Shown: positions 58,278 to 64,000 of the stretch, piece by piece
How the letters are laid out: every line of letters begins with the position of its first letter
How positions within the stretch are numbered: the first letter of the stretch is position 1
Notes under the pieces: generated by a model
Databases searched by the model: none
What the model saw: only the letters and a program-made list of their open reading frames with translations
What the model was told of the DNA's origin: nothing
Made by a program: the position numbers and the translations under genes
NCBI GenBank assembly: GCA_046536595.1
Contig: JAWDMM010000003.1
Span: forward strand, 1,836 to 65,835
DNA length: 64,000 nt
Direction: 5' to 3'
Origin: Nitrososphaeria archaeon
Lineage (GTDB): Archaea; Thermoproteota; Nitrososphaeria; Conexivisphaerales; UBA164

Positions 58278-59156
58278 TTAAGGAAGCTTACCATTTAGAG
58301 AGGCCAGAACGCCGGCTCCAACTATAACAGAATCTTCCCTAAGAGTCGCTGTTTTAATAGCTGGCATTCTGTTCATTACGTATTTTTTTGTGAGTTGCGG
58401 AAGTTTTTTTAAAAAAAGTTCTTCGTTATTAAGGTAGACACTGCCGCTCAATACAATAACGTCTGGATCATAGACGTTTATAATGCTGGCCAATCCTGCT
58501 GCGTTTATGTTCATGCATCTTTCTATAAACTCTGCGGCATCCTGACTGCCATCATAATACAACTTAAAAATTTCTTCAGGAGTATTAACCTTTTTGCCGG
58601 TTGTTTTTTGATAAAATTTCGGCATGGACTTTCCGCCGCAAAAAGCTTCCCAGTGACCCGTTTTTCCGCATCCGCATTCAATATTATCTTCATAATTCAG
58701 CACAATGTGTCCTACTTCGTGTGCGTTTCCATCTTTACCTATCAATATGTGGCCGTCCACCATAACGCCAGCCCCTATGCCGCTGCTGAACGTAAGGTAA
58801 ACGGCGTTTTCTGCCCATTTTGCTTCTCCAAACTTTTTTTCAGCCAAAAGGCCTGCTATGCAGTCGTTGGTTATGTAAACCTTGCCGTATTCTTTTAAAG
58901 AATCTAAATAATTAATCGTTAAATTGTTATAGTTTATCAAAGTAACCGTACCATTTTTTAAATCCATAGGTCCAGCACTGGCTATGCCGATACGGTTGCA
59001 TGATTTTGAAAACTTTTCAAGGTAAGCCGTAATGTAATTCAGCGGGTTAACAGAACCCTGCAGTTTAAAAGAAACCCTATCCTTGAGCTCCTTACCATTA
59101 AAAGTTGCCAGCCTTAAGTTCGTAGCTCCTACATCGACAGCTATTGTGCATTTCAA
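58278..59156 (-). CDS. ROK-family sugar kinase (glucokinase-like)
   Basis: DVGATN, NDCIAG, SSGIGAG, AHEVGH, CGCG..GHWE. Confidence 0.93.
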   Translation of the reverse strand: MKCTIAVDVGATNLRLATFNGKELKDRVSFKLQGSVNPLNYITAYLEKFSKSCNRIGIASAGPMDLKNGTVTLINYNNLTINYLDSLKEYGKVYITNDCIAGLLAEKKFGEAKWAENAVYLTFSSGIGAGVMVDGHILIGKDGNAHEVGHIVLNYEDNIECGCGKTGHWEAFCGGKSMPKFYQKTTGKKVNTPEEIFKLYYDGSQDAAEFIERCMNINAAGLASIINVYDPDVIVLSGSVYLNNEELFLKKLPQLTKKYVMNRMPAIKTATLREDSVIVGAGVLASLNGKLP

Positions 59157-59878
59157 CTTACAGCATCAACAAATTCAGCTATTGCAGATGATATATCAAG
59201 GATTATGGCTTTATCCCACACTATAGCGTTAGTTGTAATGACCTGAGTCATGCCGCTTACCGGTTCTGGCGAGAATGCAAAAAAAGTTGAAAACAGATAT
59301 GTCTTTATTCCTTTTTCCTTGTAGGTTTCGAGTATGGGAATGTATTTTTCGGGATCATCAACGTAATTGTCTATCAGCATAACAGAATCTTCGCTTTTTC
59401 CCACAGAACTTTCTATTATCTTCGCCTGAGTCGTAAGTTCTGAATTAAAAGTCATGACCTTTGTTTTTATACCGTTTTCTTTTAGAAACTTGATAAGAGT
59501 TGGTATAGCAGAAAGGTTAACTGAAGGTCTCGGCGTAAGCCCAATCTTGCTAACTGGTGTCAGGTCGAAAAATATTATTCTGCCAACAAAATCAAAATCG
59601 GCCATTTCCTCCATAAATTTTGATTGATCTCCTCCCTTTTGATACGGTCCGGGCAGCAAAAGCAGTACTTCTATGTAACCCGAATCATTAAGTTCTTTTA
59701 AAATTCTCTTAAGTTTTGTTCTCTCCTGTTCATAGTTTGTCCTGTAACTCCAGAGCACCATATATCTATCGTAAATTACATTAGTTCCTGCCTGATATGC
59801 CGGCGCTTCACTAATTTTTGAAAGAGAAGAAGCTAATTTTTTGAGTCTTGGGTCAAAAATTATAGCATAATCTTTCAT
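59153..59878 (-). CDS. Degenerate ribose-phosphate pyrophosphokinase-like protein
   Basis: NLSAIPTLIKFL, VMLIDNYVD and VITTNAI...ILDISSAIAEF parallel PRPP synthetase elements. The canonical DDxxxTGGT is absent. Confidence 0.55.
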   Translation of the reverse strand: MKDYAIIFDPRLKKLASSLSKISEAPAYQAGTNVIYDRYMVLWSYRTNYEQERTKLKRILKELNDSGYIEVLLLLPGPYQKGGDQSKFMEEMADFDFVGRIIFFDLTPVSKIGLTPRPSVNLSAIPTLIKFLKENGIKTKVMTFNSELTTQAKIIESSVGKSEDSVMLIDNYVDDPEKYIPILETYKEKGIKTYLFSTFFAFSPEPVSGMTQVITTNAIVWDKAIILDISSAIAEFVDAVS

Positions 59879-60120
59879 TTCTGCTCTGTTTGTTCAATCT
59901 GTTTGTTGTTTTCTGGCGTTTCTTCAACGGGCTTAGGAGCAGGCGTTGTTAAAAGCGTATAGCCTATCCATGCTAGGATGCCCAAAAGAACAGCTATAAC
60001 CAGAAAAACCGTTATCTGCAGAACTATCAGGGGGTACATGAAGATCAAATAACCGTACACAATTATAACCAGTATGCTTACAATCATTATTATTGCACCT
60101 AAAATTTGATCTGTATTCAT
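59875..60120 (-). CDS. Small two-TM membrane protein
   Basis: Two hydrophobic helices ('LGILAWIGYTLLTTP') and an acidic tail. Confidence 0.75.
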   Translation of the reverse strand: MNTDQILGAIIMIVSILVIIVYGYLIFMYPLIVLQITVFLVIAVLLGILAWIGYTLLTTPAPKPVEETPENNKQIEQTEQK

Positions 60121-60196
60121 ATCAAAATTATGGTAACAACATATTAAAAAGCATTTTGATTCGCAAAGCTCTTGCTTGTTTAAGGTCCTGGCATTT

Positions 60197-60931
60197 TTAA
60201 TCAGCTTCTTCTTCTATTATGCTTCTAAGGTTTTTCAGCGTACCTAAATCGTAGCCATCAAGAGTGATTACTTTTAACTCCTGGAGCTTAAAATCGGTGA
60301 AAGGCACCTTTGCTTCAACGTCTTCTACATAATATCCAGATAGCAGATCGTTAAACGGGGGCATTAGAATTACGGTCTTTTTGTTTTTTCTTCCAACGAG
60401 CCAAACCGGATACTTGCTGTTTTCATATTTTATGTAAAAATGCAGGTGCGCAAGAATCAGCGTGCCGCTTTTCAGACATTCATCAGAAGGTCTTGCATGG
60501 CCATGAGCAAGCGCAACATTTGCCCTTCCATTTTTTAGAACGATGCCTTCAGTCCCGGCAAAGCTGGCAAAATTCCTTAGAATTTTATCTATGTATGCAT
60601 CATGGTTTCCCTGTATTATGGTTATCTTAAATAGCTTGGAAATTTCTTCAAAAACGGATATCAGTTCGCTTATTTCTTCTGCATTAGGCATCATTATGCT
60701 GTCCTTTACATCCCCAACGATTATCAGCTCTTCAGCACCCGTAAGATCCTTAAGTTCTTTTATCCTTTTTACGTATCTCGCTTTCTGTATTGGTATATGA
60801 ATACCGTTTTCTCTTTCTGAAATTTCGTATCCTATGTGAAGGTCTGCTATAGCCAAGTATCTGTCAAATATTAAAAGGGCCGGATAGCCCTCCACGAACT
60901 TTATGTAAATAGGCAAAAGTTTATTGTGCAT
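60197..60931 (-). CDS. Calcineurin-like (ICC-like) metallophosphoesterase; ATG at 60931 preferred
   Basis: IADLHIGYE, GDVKD, GNHD, HGH, AHLH, MPPFN. Confidence 0.88.
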   Translation of the reverse strand: MHNKLLPIYIKFVEGYPALLIFDRYLAIADLHIGYEISERENGIHIPIQKARYVKRIKELKDLTGAEELIIVGDVKDSIMMPNAEEISELISVFEEISKLFKITIIQGNHDAYIDKILRNFASFAGTEGIVLKNGRANVALAHGHARPSDECLKSGTLILAHLHFYIKYENSKYPVWLVGRKNKKTVILMPPFNDLLSGYYVEDVEAKVPFTDFKLQELKVITLDGYDLGTLKNLRSIIEEEAD

Positions 60932-61040
60932 ACGCCATTTCTGTTTTGTCTGATTTGTTATAAAAACAGTTATTAAATTCTTTTTTAGATTTTTAAACAT
61001 AATCTCTTATCAAACAATTATTTCACCCCCATAAGCTAGC

Positions 61041-61480
61041 AGTACGTTTGAGCAAATTTTGGATAAATACGTTAAAAGAAGTGTGCTTACAGATTACCAG
61101 ATAAATTGAATGGTTAAGCAAAAGATTGAAGGTAAGTTAAAGAATGAAAAATAGCGGCTGTTAAGGGAATTTCTGTAGGGGGAGCGCAGCTGATACATTA
61201 TTTATACAAGAATAATGGAATTTTGCCAGTCTTGAAGCTAGAAGGCATAAGCTTTAAAGAAGAAGAAAAGTTCTTCAATTCTGTCGATGAATTTATGAAT
61301 TGGTACAACTTCATAAGGCCACATGGAGCCTTTGATATTGAAAGGCTTGAAACGCCAGCAGTTATATACTATAAGAGGCTTCCTAAAAAGGAGATAATTG
61401 AACAGTCATTCTTTGATATGCTAGAGAGGGGGTGTAATAATTTGGGAATAAAACACAGGAAAGCATTGCCGATAAATTAA
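61041..61480 (+). pseudogene. Degenerate DDE integrase-core (IS481/IS3-like) transposase fragment
   Basis: ORF 61223-61480 has WYNFIRPHGA...TPAVIY. The upstream frame reads TFEQILDKYVKRSVLTDYQ (resembles KYG.P..ILTD.G), interrupted by stops. Confidence 0.65.
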
Positions 61481-61598
61481 TAAGCAGCTCACATGGGTAT
61501 AAGCTAGGGGCTAAAATCTGGTTTGAAAAAAGCAACATAAGATTAAACCAAAAGTTAATCAAAAAACAAAAGTTCATCAATTACGTTGTTAATTATAA

Positions 61599-62099
61599 TT
61601 GAAATGCCGTACTTGCGGGAGTACTGATTATAAGAAAAATTTTATTAACAATTGCATTATAAAAATAAGGAAAAAGATAACATTGAAAGATAGGAAGCAG
61701 ATAAATAAATGGCAGATAGAGAGTAAAAGGAAAGTTGCTTCCTCATTACATAAACTTTTTTCTGAAATTAATGATGAAAAAACCATCGTTGTAGTTGAGG
61801 GAAAAAGAGATTTTCTGGCTATCAAGAGTCTTGGATACAGGGGGAAGATTTTTCAGCTTTGCGGCAGCGGAAAAGGTACAGGAAACCTTGCATCCGAACT
61901 TTCATTTTATAAAAAAGTTATAATCATGCTTGATTATGATAAAAAAGGAGAAAGCCTTACCAAGTCCATTATAGAAAAGCTATCTTATGGGGGCGTTACA
62001 ATAGACCTGAACTTAAGAAAAAAGGTCAGAGAAATAGCCAAAGGTGTAGACCACATAGAAGATTTGAAAAAATTCTCTCAGTACTTGGTACAAGAATAA
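61599..62099 (+). CDS. Stand-alone Toprim-domain protein (start uncertain)
   Basis: IVVVEGKRD..AIKSLG, IIMLDYDKKG. Confidence 0.82.
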   Translation: MKCRTCGSTDYKKNFINNCIIKIRKKITLKDRKQINKWQIESKRKVASSLHKLFSEINDEKTIVVVEGKRDFLAIKSLGYRGKIFQLCGSGKGTGNLASELSFYKKVIIMLDYDKKGESLTKSIIEKLSYGGVTIDLNLRKKVREIAKGVDHIEDLKKFSQYLVQE

Positions 62100-62111
62100 G
62101 GCTTTTAAAAA

Positions 62112-62900
62112 TCAAACCTGCTGTTCAAGGTAATCGTTTACAACGGAAAGCAGGGTAAAGTTTACAGTGCAAGGATCATCTTCTCCTTCTATGTATATTT
62201 TATCTCCATAAGGATAATAGTTGCTTAAGTTTATATAATTCTCCCAAACAAGCTTAAGGAAGCTCAGGTTTTCATACGCATCAGGGTTCGCATTACGCTT
62301 TAACGAAGTTTCTGGCTTTATATCGAGTATCAGAGTAAGATCCTGCTTTGGTATGTTTTTCTCAAAGCTAATTATTTCATCAGCCATTATGCCTTTTGCT
62401 GCATGATAAACTACGTTGCTTTCGCTCCAGCGTTTTGCTAAAACTATGTTCTTTTCCTCACCTAACCATCTGATAACGTTTTCAGCGTGCTGGGCCCTAT
62501 CGAGGCTCCAAAGCATCCATGCCAGCTCTATTGTTTTTTTGTTTTCCGTAAGGTAATATTTTATAAGCCCTCCCAGCCTTGTTTCGTAAGAAGGCTGCAT
62601 TATGGTATAAACTCTGTAACCTTTTTCGGTTAAAAACTTGCTTAAAGGTTTAACACAACCGCCGCCCGAAATCGCTTGAGTTTCTTTACCAGATTTATCG
62701 ATTCCAGAAACTACTAAAAACTTTCCTTTTCTTAAATAATTTTTTTCCGAGATGATGTTCCTGTATGAATTGACAACGTCTTCAGCAAGCATTTTATCGT
62801 TTACATAAGGTAAAATTTCTTCGCGCTCGATAGGTTTTGTCACTTTGTACCTTTCATAAATTAACGATAAGAGAGCTTCGAAATCTATTCTATTGCTCAT
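62112..62900 (-). CDS. tmk: Thymidylate kinase with N-terminal extension
   Basis: P-loop GIDKSGKETQ, LDR, KRWSES, DLTLILD. Confidence 0.8.
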   Translation of the reverse strand: MSNRIDFEALLSLIYERYKVTKPIEREEILPYVNDKMLAEDVVNSYRNIISEKNYLRKGKFLVVSGIDKSGKETQAISGGGCVKPLSKFLTEKGYRVYTIMQPSYETRLGGLIKYYLTENKKTIELAWMLWSLDRAQHAENVIRWLGEEKNIVLAKRWSESNVVYHAAKGIMADEIISFEKNIPKQDLTLILDIKPETSLKRNANPDAYENLSFLKLVWENYINLSNYYPYGDKIYIEGEDDPCTVNFTLLSVVNDYLEQQV

Positions 62901-63294
62901 CGATTAAGATCTCCCCGCTTTTTGCGTTTACTTTTATTGTTCTTTCTTTGTATTTTTTAAGAAGCTCAAAATCGCTCTGTGTAACTGTTAAAAGCGGTAT
63001 ATCGCTTATCGCACAGCCTGAAGCAAGGAGCGCGTCTACTGATGAGCATATCATAGCTACGGGCGCCTTTTTATTTCTCTTGAGGCTGTAAATTATATAC
63101 GGAGCTACGGTGCTCCCTATCATGTAAGGAAAAGAAAGAATAACCCCCGTTATTTCAACATGATTATCTTCAGCCTTTAAAATGCCCGTCTTAGGATTAA
63201 CCATGCCAAGGAACGAAACCGGTTTATCTATGACTTTTAGCGTAGATCTTATCATTGATGGACCTTCTACTATTACTTCAGCTTTTATGTTCAT
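62890..63294 (-). CDS. Aconitase X swiveling (small) subunit, DUF126
   Basis: VSFLGMVNPKTG, GVILSFPYMIGSTV, LASGCAISDIP. Confidence 0.87.
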   Translation of the reverse strand: MNIKAEVIVEGPSMIRSTLKVIDKPVSFLGMVNPKTGILKAEDNHVEITGVILSFPYMIGSTVAPYIIYSLKRNKKAPVAMICSSVDALLASGCAISDIPLLTVTQSDFELLKKYKERTIKVNAKSGEILIDEQ

Positions 63295-64000
63295 TTTTTG
63301 ATTCGCCAGGTATTTTAGCCTCTTTAAACCTTTCTTTGTTAGCTCTTAAAGTTATCGTGGCGTCTATACCGAGCTTGTCAGTCAGAAGCATTTCCTGGTC
63401 GCTTGATGGATCGAGACTTGAACCTTTCGCGTTCTTGATAACGAGCAAACCTCTTGATGCCTGGAACCTTGTAGCTATAGCTCTTTCAACATCAACAGGG
63501 TTTTTTGGGTCTATATCGTCATCAACTACTATAGCAAGCTTAAGTGAAGGATGAGCGGCGAATGCCGCTATCATAGCGTTAACGGGCTCGCCTTCAAGTT
63601 TTTTGTCAATCTGAATTACTGCATGAAGCCATTTGCTGCCTCCTTCTGTCAAATACACTTTTTTTACCGATGGAACAGAGCTTTTTACTTCTTTGTTAAG
63701 TTTAGCTTCTACCGGGAAACCCATGAGCCATCTGTGTTCAGTACCTCCTGGCAAAACGTCCCAGTAAATCGGTTCATTTCTACTGTATATTTTTTCAAAC
63801 CTAATTACAGGCTGTTGTCTTGTATGGTCATAGTTGCCAAGCATCTCCACCATGCTGTCAGAATCCTTTTCATCTTTGCTTATATATCCTTCAATGATAA
63901 ATTCCGCTTCGGGTATAGGCAACCCGAGCTCAGGGCTTCTATAAAATTCTAGACCATCAACAAGAGAATTAGCAATATCCATTTCGAATGTGCCCAGAGG
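63278..64000 (-). CDS. UbiD-family decarboxylase, C-terminal part (start lies outside the window); candidate anhydromevalonate phosphate decarboxylase
   Basis: PEAEFIIEG, EMLGNYD, PGGTEH, VVDDDID, SSLDPS, KLGIDAT. Frame is open to the window edge. Confidence 0.9.
   Translation of the reverse strand, partial: PLGTFEMDIANSLVDGLEFYRSPELGLPIPEAEFIIEGYISKDEKDSDSMVEMLGNYDHTRQQPVIRFEKIYSRNEPIYWDVLPGGTEHRWLMGFPVEAKLNKEVKSSVPSVKKVYLTEGGSKWLHAVIQIDKKLEGEPVNAMIAAFAAHPSLKLAIVVDDDIDPKNPVDVERAIATRFQASRGLLVIKNAKGSSLDPSSDQEMLLTDKLGIDATITLRANKERFKEAKIPGESKNEHKS

Noticed and set aside
757-63952. Many short antisense or alternate-frame ORFs in the track (e.g. 757-1014, 5213-5650, 11852-12226, 43993-44355, 49262-49750, 63551-63952)
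   Set aside because: They are fully nested in well-supported housekeeping genes and carry no motifs, so they are shadow ORFs.
1-64000. CRISPR array or cas genes
   Set aside because: I saw no regularly spaced direct repeats and no cas-like ORFs. The mini-elements are dispersed, not arrayed.

Overview
This window is 64 kb of a gene-dense, low-GC archaeal chromosome. Gene content is TACK-like; a basal Nitrososphaerota/Thermoproteota lineage is my inference and cannot be fixed from the sequence. Most of it is core housekeeping. Translation: aspS-gatCAB, gatDE, gltX, aIF2-gamma, rps2, tRNA-Lys(CTT). Proteostasis and RNA turnover: psmB, aCPSF1, a second beta-CASP nuclease, a PAC2 chaperone, FKBP. 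DNA: top6AB, Nre, tmk, tdk. Archaeal lipid and isoprenoid synthesis: mvk, ipk, fni, GGPP synthase, uppS, egsA, AcnX large and small subunits, UbiD. Central metabolism genes are also present. Four things stand out. (1) A family of ~240-255 bp TnpB-less IS200/IS605 (IS1341-like) mini-elements at 13.3, 25.3 and 55.6 kb, plus two shorter remnants. Each full copy sits right after TTYAA and carries a left-end hairpin, a TATA-like element and a right end GTAGTT(C/T)AC. The 13.3 and 55.6 kb copies also share an omegaRNA-like body whose hairpins covary, and each copy abuts a different flanking 'guide' sequence. (2) A 151-aa mini-intein in the P-loop of aIF2-gamma. (3) A cluster encoding a processive GT2 synthase, an AAA ATPase, a TackOD1-like Zn-ribbon protein and two TadC/ArlJ platform proteins, with no pilin or secretion ATPase. 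(4) Probable pseudo-enzymes: an archaemetzincin with HLIGH instead of HExxH, and a PRPP-synthetase-like protein without its PRPP motif. All product calls come from motif recognition in the translations; no database searches were run.
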